Origin: a virus
Taxonomy: Duplodnaviria > Caudoviricetes
Reading direction: 5' to 3' (one strand)
IMG/VR virus record: IMGVR_UViG_3300023263_000001
Span: 7,896 to 71,895 of that record
Length of the DNA: 64,000 nt
This document shows positions 55,019 to 64,000 of this stretch, piece after piece; the first letter of the stretch is position 1, and each line of letters starts with the position of its first letter. The translations under genes and the position numbers were made by a program. A model generated the notes under the pieces. The model did no database searches and was not told the origin of the DNA. It worked only from the letters and a program-made list of their open reading frames with translations.

Positions 55019-55984
55019 ATGGCCGTTATCACTGCACTCGTAATCGGGGGAATCGCCGCGGCTTCTGTCGCGGGCGCCGCCGCCGCAAAGAAAGCCGCCG
55101 CCGACAAGGCAGCCGACGCCCAGTCCAAGGCTCTTAAGGGCCAGAAGAAAATTCTCGGCGAAGAGCTCGGCTACGACAAGGTGCAGCAGGCCAACGTCAC
55201 GGCGGAACGCAACCGCGCACTCGAGCGCATCCGCCTGCAGGAAGAAATCGACCCCGAGTTGGCCGAGATGCGAAAGCTCGGCAAGCAACAGCTTTTAGCC
55301 GAGGCCCAGAAGCCCGGAGCGAGCCGTGAATCGGTGCAGGTTGCCAAGCAGCTTTTCACCGAGAACATCACTCCCGACAAAAATCTCGAAGCCCTCAAGG
55401 ACAGCATCATCGCGAAGGCTCAGGAGAAGCTCAATCAAGGAGCCACCCTGCCACCCGAATTTCAAGCGGAGCTGGTCCGTGCAGGCGTGAGCCAAGGTGC
55501 GCAGGCTGGGCTCAAGCCCACGAAGACCACCATCGGAGGAAATCTTTATCAGGCCCTCGGCAGCGCGGGCGTTGCCCTCGAGGCACAGCGCAATCGCGAG
55601 GCACAGGAACTCGCACAGACTGCTACAGGCCTGCAGGAGTCGCGAGCTAAAATCCTGTCCTCGATTTTCCCGACCATCAGTCAGAGCGAAGCCACGCAGC
55701 GACAGGTCGCCGCGGGCACGTTCGGAATCGGGGAGCAGACGCTGCCACAGGCTGGCCTCACGGGGGCGGAAGCGGCAAACCTGCAAATCAACCGGGGCAA
55801 CACGCTCCTGAAGATTCGCGGACAGAAGGGCCAGATTCAAGCGAACAAGGCCCTCGCCGCGGGCGAAGCCAATGCTGCCTACATCAAGGCGGGTGGACAG
55901 TTCGCAACCAGTGCCCTCGGGGCTTATGGTGGCGGAGGTGGAGGTCTTCCCACGGCCGGTCTGACTGGTCAAACCGCCGCCTAA
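55019..55984 (+). CDS. Internal virion / DNA ejection protein
   Basis: MAVITALVIGGIAAASVAGAAAAKKAA Ala/Gly N-terminus, Q/A-rich helices. Confidence 0.65.
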   Translation: MAVITALVIGGIAAASVAGAAAAKKAAADKAADAQSKALKGQKKILGEELGYDKVQQANVTAERNRALERIRLQEEIDPELAEMRKLGKQQLLAEAQKPGASRESVQVAKQLFTENITPDKNLEALKDSIIAKAQEKLNQGATLPPEFQAELVRAGVSQGAQAGLKPTKTTIGGNLYQALGSAGVALEAQRNREAQELAQTATGLQESRAKILSSIFPTISQSEATQRQVAAGTFGIGEQTLPQAGLTGAEAANLQINRGNTLLKIRGQKGQIQANKALAAGEANAAYIKAGGQFATSALGAYGGGGGGLPTAGLTGQTAA

Positions 55985-55996
55985 CAAATCACTTTT

Positions 55997-57412
55997 ATGC
56001 CCGGAATCGCAGACCTAGTCCCAGCACAAGTTCAAGCCAACTCGCTTGGCGCAGTCGCTCAACCGATTGTCGACCCGTCCTCACTCGGCACGCTGCCGGA
56101 GTTCAAGGACTTCATGGACGCGTATCGTCAAGGCGTCATCACCGTCGAGGACATCAAGCGGCGTCAGACCGTGGGCACCACTGGCTACGAGGCCGAGCGC
56201 GCACAGAACGTCGCGGCCAAGGGTCAAGCGGAACAGGCTGCACTGGACCTCGAGGTGCGTCCAATCCAGCGCGAGCTCGCGAAGGCGCAGGCTCAAGGCG
56301 GAGTGGAGCAGCAGACCATTCTCAATCAGATGAACAGCGAGGACCCGGCGATTGCCATCCCCGCGCAGGAAGCTTTCGTCAAACGCGCCCGCCAGAAGGA
56401 AGCCATCTTAGTTTTCGGCACCGCGACTCCGGAGTTGAAGGTGAAGCAAGAGGACGTCAAGCCCGCGCCTTTCGAAGAGTGGGTGCTGGGTGAGGTGAAT
56501 AATTTTCGGCCCGGAGACAACTCGGAAGAAGCCAACCGAGCTCGCGCCGTCTACAAAACCAATCTGGAAATCGCGGGAGAGAAGGGTCCGGAATACGGGC
56601 TCTACAAGAAAGAGGTCAAGGAGCGCACGCGCACTCTCGAGCCCGGCACTCCCGAATACGACAAGGAACTCCGTCACCAGCTCAGCGAGCGGCTCACGCA
56701 CGAGAAGCTGCAGGAGATTCAGTTTGAGACGATGAAGGAGCTCGGCAAGGCACAGGCGCAAGCCGTGGCTAAGGGGCCAGAGCAGCGCTCAGCCGACGTC
56801 GAGAAAATCGCCAAGGAATACAACGCGCTACCGGCGTTGCATGATTTCGACAAGGTCGATGCCGCCTACAACAAGTTAATTACGGCCACGGACCCCGCAG
56901 TCAAGCCCACGCCTTTGCGCGACCAAGCGGCGATTTTCCAGTGGATGAAAATCCTCGACCCCGGCTCGACGGTTCGAGAGGGCGAGTATGCCTCCGTGAA
57001 GAACGCTCGTGGAGTTCCGGACACCATCATGAACTGGTATAACCAAACCTTGACGGGTCAGATTCTCACCCCCGAACAGCGCAAGGAATTGCGCGAGGCG
57101 GCGGTTCCTGTTTATCAGGGGCAGGTGCAGAACCTAACCCCGCGCATCAAGCAATACGTGGAGCGAGAGCGCTCGGCGGGGTTGCCTCCGGGCTCAGTGG
57201 TTCCTCTGGAACATCGTGCCTTGCTGGAGAGTGGCGGACCGGAAATTCCCGGTGCGGCACCCGCTCCTTCACAGGCCCCGCGCCCGACGGTGGAGCAGGC
57301 GAATGCCGCCCCAGTCTACTCCAGCCTAGCAGAAATCCCGGCGACCGTTCAATTCTTCAAGAAGCCCAACGACCCGAAGAACGTTTGGGTTAATCCTAAC
57401 TTCCAACCATAA
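55997..57412 (+). CDS. Internal virion / ejection protein
   Basis: Helical; AIFQWMKILDPGSTVREGEY motif. Confidence 0.6.
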   Translation: MPGIADLVPAQVQANSLGAVAQPIVDPSSLGTLPEFKDFMDAYRQGVITVEDIKRRQTVGTTGYEAERAQNVAAKGQAEQAALDLEVRPIQRELAKAQAQGGVEQQTILNQMNSEDPAIAIPAQEAFVKRARQKEAILVFGTATPELKVKQEDVKPAPFEEWVLGEVNNFRPGDNSEEANRARAVYKTNLEIAGEKGPEYGLYKKEVKERTRTLEPGTPEYDKELRHQLSERLTHEKLQEIQFETMKELGKAQAQAVAKGPEQRSADVEKIAKEYNALPALHDFDKVDAAYNKLITATDPAVKPTPLRDQAAIFQWMKILDPGSTVREGEYASVKNARGVPDTIMNWYNQTLTGQILTPEQRKELREAAVPVYQGQVQNLTPRIKQYVERERSAGLPPGSVVPLEHRALLESGGPEIPGAAPAPSQAPRPTVEQANAAPVYSSLAEIPATVQFFKKPNDPKNVWVNPNFQP

Positions 57413-60400
57413 TGGCAACTCCTACGCTGCCGACCGTGCCCACCGTCACGAAGTCGGGCGACCCCTTTGCAGGGGCGACGCTCGCAGGGAATCCCTACGT
57501 TGCTCAGGCAATCACGCCGGGCGCGCCGCTGATTCCGTCCTTTGAACAGGCGCGGGCTAATCCACCAGCTGCGGTCCCGGAACCCGTTGCGGACCCTTTT
57601 GCGGGCGCAATCCCGACAACCGTGGCTGACCCATTCGAGGGAGCGACTCCCGCGGGCGACATGCGCGGGTATGACATGGACAAGCTCCGGTCCACAAAGA
57701 TTGAGGACTTGCTGAAAGACAAAACTGAGTTCAACCCGGTGGAGTTTTACGCGAAGAACACGGACGCACTTTTGGCTGACCCGACTGCGCTGCAAAAGGT
57801 AGAGCAGGCCTTCGAAGAGCGCGAGAAGGAACGCATGGGTGTGGGCGGGCTCGCGAAAGCGATTGCCACCGCGCCGCTGCATCCAATAGAGACGGCCAAG
57901 ACCGTTGGAAAAGCCGCCGCAGGCGGTGTGGAATTTCTCAAGACGCTCGCATCGGGTGTTGGACAAGTTTTTGAAACGGGCGGACAAGTGGCTGGCCACC
58001 TTTCCGAGGGCGACCTTCCTGCTGCGGCCAAGGGACTCTCCGAAGCCATCGGCGCCGCGGACACTGCGCAGCAACGCTGGGTCACCATCGTCACGGACAA
58101 GGTCGGCCCTGCTCTCGGAGTTGTTCCTCGCGGAAAAACTGCACGAGAGCGTTTGGCCTTCGACGCGGACTTTAAGCGCGCCGAAATCAACGCGGGCAAG
58201 GGCAACGGAGAGCTCGCGAAAGTGTTAGGCACGGACCAAGACGGGCTCAAGGCGGCTGGCGTCCAACTGGACCCGAACGCCATCGAGAAGCTGTCCATCA
58301 TCACGGACCCCGTGAACCTCGTTCCCATAGGCGGCGTTGTCGGAGTGGTCGGCCGGAGCGGAAAATTTATTCTCGGCAAGGCAGTCTCTCCGGCAGCGGC
58401 AGAGCTTTTTGCGAAGACGGTGAACGGCGCCATGGAAAAGGCCGCGGCTTGGCCCGTGGCGAAAGGTGGCGCAGCCGTCGAGAAAATCGGTGAGACTGTG
58501 GCCACGAAAGGCCCGGCGCTTGTTCGTTCCGGCGCGGCCCGGGGATACGGCGCGATTCACGCGGCAATGAGCGGCGACATCTCGCCACTGGTTGCGGCTC
58601 TCGCGGCTCCCACGGTGGCCAAGGTCGGTGGGCAGGCAATTGCGGCCACCGGTCGCGGAATTCAAGCCGCGGCACCCGCTGTTGGGCGCGTGGTTTCGGA
58701 AGGCGTGAAGGGCGCGGCGGAAGGCGCCGTCATCGCAACGCCTCTTTTCCTCGGCTCGACTGAGGAGGAACGCGAAGGCCTCGGCGGCATGATTGCAGGC
58801 GCGGGTTTTCTGCGCGCTGGTCTCGCGGGCGCGGGCGTCGCAAAGAACGTCGCGGAACGCGGAGAGCAAGCCGTTGGTCGCGCTGTCCAGAATCAGCTGG
58901 CCAAGAAAGTTTTTGAGACCGTGGACCAAGGTCCCGTGGTGGACTCTCCGGCCTACGGCACGGACACCAAGCTGGACATCGCGCACCAAGAGCACCTGCC
59001 CAATCTGCCGAAGGGCGAGCAGGCCCTGCTCAGCCAAGCCCGGGAGTTTTTCCGGGATGCGGGCGTTGAGTTTTACGGGGTCGACCAGAACACCTTCGTC
59101 AACAACGTCCCGAACGTGGCGGGCTCGTCGGCCGCGGAGGGCTTCTATGTCAAGCGGGGCGAGCAGCTGCTCCCGGACGGCACCACGAAGCCGGTCATAC
59201 AGATTCTCCTGAACAAGGACACCAACGGTCTCGGGCACGAGCTCTATCACGCCTTCAAAAGCCTTGACCCTCAAGCATCTAAGGCCCTTGAGTCCCACAT
59301 CGCGAAGACTTGGACTCCGGAAGAGAAGGCTTGGCTGTCAGACACTTACAACTCCGCACTCAATGGCGGAAAACCGAAAGAACAGTGGGTCGCACACCTA
59401 AATGAAAACCAAATTCTTGAAGAGGCTGCCGCCGAAGTCTTTGGGCGTATTGTCAACGCCTCCGACCTCAGCGGAGTCCGTCCCAGCATCGTCAAACGTG
59501 GCGCCACCTTCGCCAGCTCGGTCCTCGACAAAATGGGCTATTCGCTTGGAGGGAAAGCCCTTCCACAAGGACCGGGTGTCTCTGCTCTCGGCATTCGCCC
59601 AAGCACGGCTGAAGCCCGAGTAGCGCAGGATTTTCTCGGTGACATGACCAAGCGGGCCAAGGAAGGCCGATTGGGCACCGCGACGCCCGGCAACCCGCTC
59701 GAGGCGGCGCCCTCAGGACCGATTTCTAGGCGCCCGGCGGCGGAACCCACCCCGACACCCCAGATTCCGGCTGCGGCAGCCCCAGCGGCTCCCAGCGCAA
59801 AGCCCGCCCCCGCCCCGGCTCCCGCGGCCCCGGCGCCCCAAGCCCCCAATATCCGGGTCACTCCGAAGGAACAGGCCGACTTTGCCTCCGAACGAGCTGC
59901 GGTGACCAACACCGACCAAGCAGCGGCTGCCGCGGTGAAGGCGGACAAGGTCCCACAGGTGACCGCCATCAACGACGCCATGAACGCCGGTCACGCCGTG
60001 GAGATTGTCCACAAGGGCGTCATCCGCGAGGGCGGGCCGAGCCCCGAGAAACCGGTGGCCCGGGGCGAGCGACGCGCAGAGCAGGAAGCGGCCTACATCG
60101 CCGAGGCCATGGGCGCCGTGCCCGACTCCGTCCGGGAACCGCACCAGAAACTTTTCTTCGGCACGCGCTGGATTAAGGGTGGCAAGCAGCTGACCGCCCG
60201 GAGCGTGGACAAGGCCCTCGCGAACATCAAGAACGCCGTGGACATGGCGGCAGACAAAAAAGTAGCCCTCCCCTACGAGGTCGACGCGTCTGGAAAACTC
60301 ACCGAGGCCGGTTGGACCGAGGCAGTGCAGGACCTCAAGGATTACTGGTCCAATCAGGACCGAGGCTTCCGTGGCGACGGTCAAGCGCTCGCGCCCGAGA

Positions 60401-63400
60401 CGCGCACGCGTGACGTTGGACAGAGCATTCCGCCTCAGGACCCGGCCGGACCGGCGGCGATTATTTCCCCGGAGCGCATGGACTTTTTGAATCTGGTGCA
60501 GGGCCTCAACATCCCCGCGACGGTCAAGGGCCAGCAGGCCGGAAAGGTTCCCGGCAACATCAAGGGACAGATTCTGGCTGAGATTCAGGGCAAGCGACCC
60601 GCGACCCCTGCAGGCTTCACGGCCGCGGACGTCCAGAAGGCGACCTTCAAGCCCATCGAAGGCGAGCTCGCCGCCCGCAGCATCATGGAAGTGAACCCGC
60701 TGCGAAATGATTTGCGTGCCAAGGGCGCGCCCGTCGAGAATCTCATTGAGGTCACCGAGAACATCAAGCAGGAGAACATCGAGTCCGTCACCCCACGACC
60801 CGACGTCACTGGCCGCGGTGGCTCGACGGACATTACACGCGCTGGCTTCTCCGTGAAGAACGTGGCCGACGCCGCGAAGATTCTCGACCAGTCCCCGCAG
60901 GAGTGGACCGACACAATCAAGACCACCATGGGTGGAAAGCTCACGCCCGCCGCATACCGGCTCGGGCTCAGCCTAACAGATAGGGCGGACCTCGCCAAGC
61001 TCGCCACGATGCGCGACAAAGCGGAAGCGCAGGGCAAGGAGTTCATGGCGAAGGGTGATTTCGAAGCCGCGATGCCCACCATCATGAAGGCCCAGTTCTT
61101 CCGCGAGGCTTGGGAAGCCGCACAGGGAACGGGCAGCGCACGTCGAGGCCTGAAGCTCGTCGACGAGTTCAAGGACGCAGTGCCGCCCTTCTCGGAACCG
61201 CAGCAAAGCTTTTCTGTGGCGGCAGACTTCGAGAAGAGTCTGGACCCAGTCAAGATGGCAGCCATCCGAACCAAGGGTGGAAACATTTACACGGGTTCGT
61301 GGCACGGCGAGGCTTACTTGAACATGGCGGATGCCGTGGGCCGCGGTGAAGGTCCCAAAGAAGCTCTGCCGGAAGGATTCAAAAGCCTCACGGAATTATT
61401 GGACTCCGTCATGGGTGGAGAGAAGATTGATTTCATCGAAGACGGCTTCGTGACCGAGAGCGGAAAGTTCCTGAACCGCCAAGAGGCCTTCGAGCACGGC
61501 AAGAGAATTGGCCAGCTCAAGGAGGGCTACGGTGAGAAGACCCGCGGTGGAAACATGGAAAAAGAGGGGATGCTAGAGAGCGACGAGTTCAATCGCGGCA
61601 AAAGTTTTTCTCCTGTCGCCAAGCCCAGCCCGGAAATCCGGGACGTGGCGGCGAAGGCAGCAGCGGAGCGAGCCCCCAAGACTGGCCCCACAAAAATCCA
61701 GCAGGCCCGCGCCATGGGTGGGGGTGAGGAATCTTTTTCTCCAAGTGTCCCGACCGACAAGGAAGTCACCGCTGCCCTCAGCGAGGACAAGAAGCCTTTC
61801 GTCGGCGCGCACCGAGACCTCGAGCCCGGCACGCCTGTCGGTCTCCGCATCGACATTCCCGCGTTCACGCGCAACGGCACCTACGTGGTGACCGTTCACG
61901 AGAAAGCCAAAGGCGGCGCAGTCGGAAAACGCATCGGCTACGACAGCGTGGCCACTGTGGACAACCCGACCTTTTTCTCCAACGAGAAGGGCGCTCTACA
62001 AATTAAGGAGGGCCGCGCCAAGTTTCCGATTGCGACGGTCGAGGGCGAGTTCAATCCGTCCCGTGAGGTCCCCGAGGCGGGTGGAGAGTGGACCGAGGTG
62101 GGTTACAACCCGACCAGACACTCCTACTTCTTCGAGAAGGGCACCGAGGAGCCCGTGGTCAGCGGTTCTCAAGCCGTGAGCGCGGGCAACAGCGTGTTCG
62201 TGAAGGACGCCGTGTTCGGAAATAAGGAGGACTTCGCTTTCAGTGCCGCACCGGAAGAACGCGTGGCCAAACCGGCAACCGGAGCTCACGTCACCCAGAA
62301 AAAGGTGGCGGGCACCCCCGAGTTCAATGCCTACGTTCAGAACAAAATCGAGAAGAGCCAGAATTTTCCTGAGGCCTTCCCGCTCGAGTTCCGTCAGGAC
62401 AAGGACGGCAACTACGAGGCCCAGTGGGACGGAGAGCCCTTGCCCAAGGCGAAACCCTACAACCTGCTGAAATCTGACCTAGCCCAGAAGCTTGGCGACG
62501 AAGACGCGTTCGCGAGCGCACTTGCGGACAAGCTGGAGCGAGAATACCAGAAGGCCAAAGAGAACCCGGTGATTTCGGAGGGTGAGTTTTGGTATTCCAC
62601 TTTCCGAGACAAGGTCGGCAAGGTTCTGGGCGACGACACGAAGCTGTTCGCCGAGTTGTTAGGCGCCACGTCTCCACAGCAAGCCGTCGGCCCCAACTTC
62701 AAGGATGCCCTTGGAGCTTACAACCAATACAAGAGCGGAGCCTACGACGCCATGCTTGCCAAATATCAAGAGGGCAAGCACAAGTTTGCAGCGGGTGACA
62801 TCGCCGAGTTCACGGAAGAGACGGGCAAGACCGGCAAGAAGGCGACTAAGGAAGCCTTTCTGAACTGGTGGCAGAAGAAGCACGACCTGATTCCCAAGAA
62901 AGCCAATGGCAAAAAGTTTGGTATGAACTCTCGAGCGGTGCTCAAGGTTCTCGATGGCTCTTGGCTCGAGGGAGTGCAAGGACCAAAGACCCCAAACTTC
63001 ACAGGCAACCTCGCGGGCACCACTTTCAAGGCTACCATCGACGTGTGGGCCATGCGCGCCCTGTCGCGTCTTGCCAACGAGGAGTCTGGCAAGCCTTGGC
63101 GAATCCAGAATGCGAACGAGTCCGGAGTCGCGGACCCTGAGTTTTTCTTCGGCCAGAAAGCATTCCAACAGGCGGCGGACAATCTGGGCATCAAGGCCGA
63201 TGCGCTCCAAGCCATTCTCTGGTTCGCCGAGAAAGACCTGTGGGAGAAAAACGGATGGACCGGTGCAGCCGGAAAAGCGAAGTCAGATTACAACACGCTC
63301 CTAGACCGAACTGTCAAATCCCCAGAGGGCCAGTTGATTTTCACGCCAGAAGAGGTCAAGCCCAAGGCCAAGAAGCCAAAGGCCCAGCTGGAGCTCGACA

Positions 63401-63426
63401 TCAAACCCAAAAAATATGCCGCATAA
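57412..63426 (+). CDS. 2004-aa polyvalent internal virion protein
   Basis: Hydrophobic Ala/Gly N-terminal region; HELYH metallopeptidase motif; several discrete domains separated by QSFS-like linkers; C-terminal LGATSPQ..GPKT.NF..NL..TIDVW domain. Confidence 0.75.
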   Translation: MATPTLPTVPTVTKSGDPFAGATLAGNPYVAQAITPGAPLIPSFEQARANPPAAVPEPVADPFAGAIPTTVADPFEGATPAGDMRGYDMDKLRSTKIEDLLKDKTEFNPVEFYAKNTDALLADPTALQKVEQAFEEREKERMGVGGLAKAIATAPLHPIETAKTVGKAAAGGVEFLKTLASGVGQVFETGGQVAGHLSEGDLPAAAKGLSEAIGAADTAQQRWVTIVTDKVGPALGVVPRGKTARERLAFDADFKRAEINAGKGNGELAKVLGTDQDGLKAAGVQLDPNAIEKLSIITDPVNLVPIGGVVGVVGRSGKFILGKAVSPAAAELFAKTVNGAMEKAAAWPVAKGGAAVEKIGETVATKGPALVRSGAARGYGAIHAAMSGDISPLVAALAAPTVAKVGGQAIAATGRGIQAAAPAVGRVVSEGVKGAAEGAVIATPLFLGSTEEEREGLGGMIAGAGFLRAGLAGAGVAKNVAERGEQAVGRAVQNQLAKKVFETVDQGPVVDSPAYGTDTKLDIAHQEHLPNLPKGEQALLSQAREFFRDAGVEFYGVDQNTFVNNVPNVAGSSAAEGFYVKRGEQLLPDGTTKPVIQILLNKDTNGLGHELYHAFKSLDPQASKALESHIAKTWTPEEKAWLSDTYNSALNGGKPKEQWVAHLNENQILEEAAAEVFGRIVNASDLSGVRPSIVKRGATFASSVLDKMGYSLGGKALPQGPGVSALGIRPSTAEARVAQDFLGDMTKRAKEGRLGTATPGNPLEAAPSGPISRRPAAEPTPTPQIPAAAAPAAPSAKPAPAPAPAAPAPQAPNIRVTPKEQADFASERAAVTNTDQAAAAAVKADKVPQVTAINDAMNAGHAVEIVHKGVIREGGPSPEKPVARGERRAEQEAAYIAEAMGAVPDSVREPHQKLFFGTRWIKGGKQLTARSVDKALANIKNAVDMAADKKVALPYEVDASGKLTEAGWTEAVQDLKDYWSNQDRGFRGDGQALAPETRTRDVGQSIPPQDPAGPAAIISPERMDFLNLVQGLNIPATVKGQQAGKVPGNIKGQILAEIQGKRPATPAGFTAADVQKATFKPIEGELAARSIMEVNPLRNDLRAKGAPVENLIEVTENIKQENIESVTPRPDVTGRGGSTDITRAGFSVKNVADAAKILDQSPQEWTDTIKTTMGGKLTPAAYRLGLSLTDRADLAKLATMRDKAEAQGKEFMAKGDFEAAMPTIMKAQFFREAWEAAQGTGSARRGLKLVDEFKDAVPPFSEPQQSFSVAADFEKSLDPVKMAAIRTKGGNIYTGSWHGEAYLNMADAVGRGEGPKEALPEGFKSLTELLDSVMGGEKIDFIEDGFVTESGKFLNRQEAFEHGKRIGQLKEGYGEKTRGGNMEKEGMLESDEFNRGKSFSPVAKPSPEIRDVAAKAAAERAPKTGPTKIQQARAMGGGEESFSPSVPTDKEVTAALSEDKKPFVGAHRDLEPGTPVGLRIDIPAFTRNGTYVVTVHEKAKGGAVGKRIGYDSVATVDNPTFFSNEKGALQIKEGRAKFPIATVEGEFNPSREVPEAGGEWTEVGYNPTRHSYFFEKGTEEPVVSGSQAVSAGNSVFVKDAVFGNKEDFAFSAAPEERVAKPATGAHVTQKKVAGTPEFNAYVQNKIEKSQNFPEAFPLEFRQDKDGNYEAQWDGEPLPKAKPYNLLKSDLAQKLGDEDAFASALADKLEREYQKAKENPVISEGEFWYSTFRDKVGKVLGDDTKLFAELLGATSPQQAVGPNFKDALGAYNQYKSGAYDAMLAKYQEGKHKFAAGDIAEFTEETGKTGKKATKEAFLNWWQKKHDLIPKKANGKKFGMNSRAVLKVLDGSWLEGVQGPKTPNFTGNLAGTTFKATIDVWAMRALSRLANEESGKPWRIQNANESGVADPEFFFGQKAFQQAADNLGIKADALQAILWFAEKDLWEKNGWTGAAGKAKSDYNTLLDRTVKSPEGQLIFTPEEVKPKAKKPKAQLELDIKPKKYAA

Positions 63427-63586
63427 AGAAGTCACTCTCGAATCCTTCGGCCTGACGCCGGAGGAAATGGCCGCTCTGGTCAAGGGCTCTCAACGTTACC
63501 TGCCTGTCCGCGACGAAGAGGGCGCGCTGGAAGATATCACACCAGATTCCAGCCTTGACATCGAACCAAAACGCCGAACCTCTTAA
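63416..63586 (+). CDS. Small hypothetical protein
   Basis: Manual translation MPHKEVTLESFGLTPEEMAALV..., 56 aa. Confidence 0.45.
   Translation: MPHKEVTLESFGLTPEEMAALVKGSQRYLPVRDEEGALEDITPDSSLDIEPKRRTS
63555..63584 (+). promoter_or_regulatory. Promoter TTGACA-16-AACCTCTT
   Basis: Recurrent motif, 7 nt from ATG 63592. Confidence 0.6.
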
Positions 63587-63591
63587 CCACT

Positions 63592-64000
63592 ATGGCAGAC
63601 CTAAATCTCGCTCCCGCCGACATTCAAGCCGTAGGTGCGGCCCCAGCACCTGCGCCCGCGCCCGAAGCCGCTGCACCTGCGGCACCATCGCGCACCAACC
63701 CGGCCGCAATGCTCGAGCTCCTTCCGGCCGACGTGCTGGACAACCCGATGATTTTTGCCGTCGCCAAGGGCAACCCCGGAGCGGTGAGCGCGCCCAAGTT
63801 TTCCAAGGACCCATTCGTCAAGTCAGTCATCAAGCACGCTGAGCCCCTCGTGGCCGCGGGCTTCGGTATCTATGAAAGCATCGACAAGAAAACCGACGTG
63901 CTGTTCAACACCGCGGTGGTCGACGCCGGAGACTTGCAAGAAGCAGACCAGCAGGGCCGCTTGGCGGAACTGGCGCCGAGCTTTGACACCGTGAAGACTG
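63592..64000 (+). CDS. Hypothetical protein (partial, runs off right edge)
   Basis: Open from ATG 63592 to the end; P/A-rich N-terminus. Confidence 0.65.
   Translation, partial: MADLNLAPADIQAVGAAPAPAPAPEAAAPAAPSRTNPAAMLELLPADVLDNPMIFAVAKGNPGAVSAPKFSKDPFVKSVIKHAEPLVAAGFGIYESIDKKTDVLFNTAVVDAGDLQEADQQGRLAELAPSFDTVKT

Noticed and set aside
1-64000. Stop-codon reassignment, DGR/retron, PurZ or 7-deazaguanine pathway
   Set aside because: Core genes are intact in the standard code with TAA, TGA and TAG all used as stops; no reverse transcriptase, suppressor tRNA or base-synthesis genes are recognisable in this window.

Overview
64 kb segment of a GC-rich dsDNA tailed phage with podovirus-like architecture: portal, scaffold, major capsid, tubular-type tail proteins and large ejection proteins. 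The host is possibly a verrucomicrobium; this is inferred only from one protein C-terminal motif and the near absence of Shine-Dalgarno sites. The left arm (1-23.9 kb, minus strand) carries replication and nucleotide genes (metallophosphoesterase, RuvC-like, phage sigma factor, primase-helicase, PolA, putative SSB, PD-(D/E)XK nuclease, SF2 helicase, HD protein, dNMP-kinase-like), a candidate histone-fold gene and many small early genes. An inverted repeat with an AT-rich core sits at the strand switch. The right arm (plus strand) carries endonucleases, a TerS-like gene, a serine recombinase, an about 860-nt structured RNA cluster (one tRNA-Met plus several atypical CCA-ended RNAs), sugar-modifying genes interleaved with terminase and capsid genes, and the virion module. 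Most notable: (1) the CCA-ended RNA array, with two paralogous RNAs ending in a G3.U70/A73 Ala-type microhelix and a 10/4 cloverleaf; (2) a sulfotransferase/epimerase/glycosyltransferase set inside the virion operon; (3) four small ORFs built from one PxxGDSDNxLLxKI motif; (4) a phage histone candidate with a structured RNA leader; (5) a recurrent TTGACA-N15-17-AACCTCTT promoter. All calls are by eye; no searches or folding programs were run.
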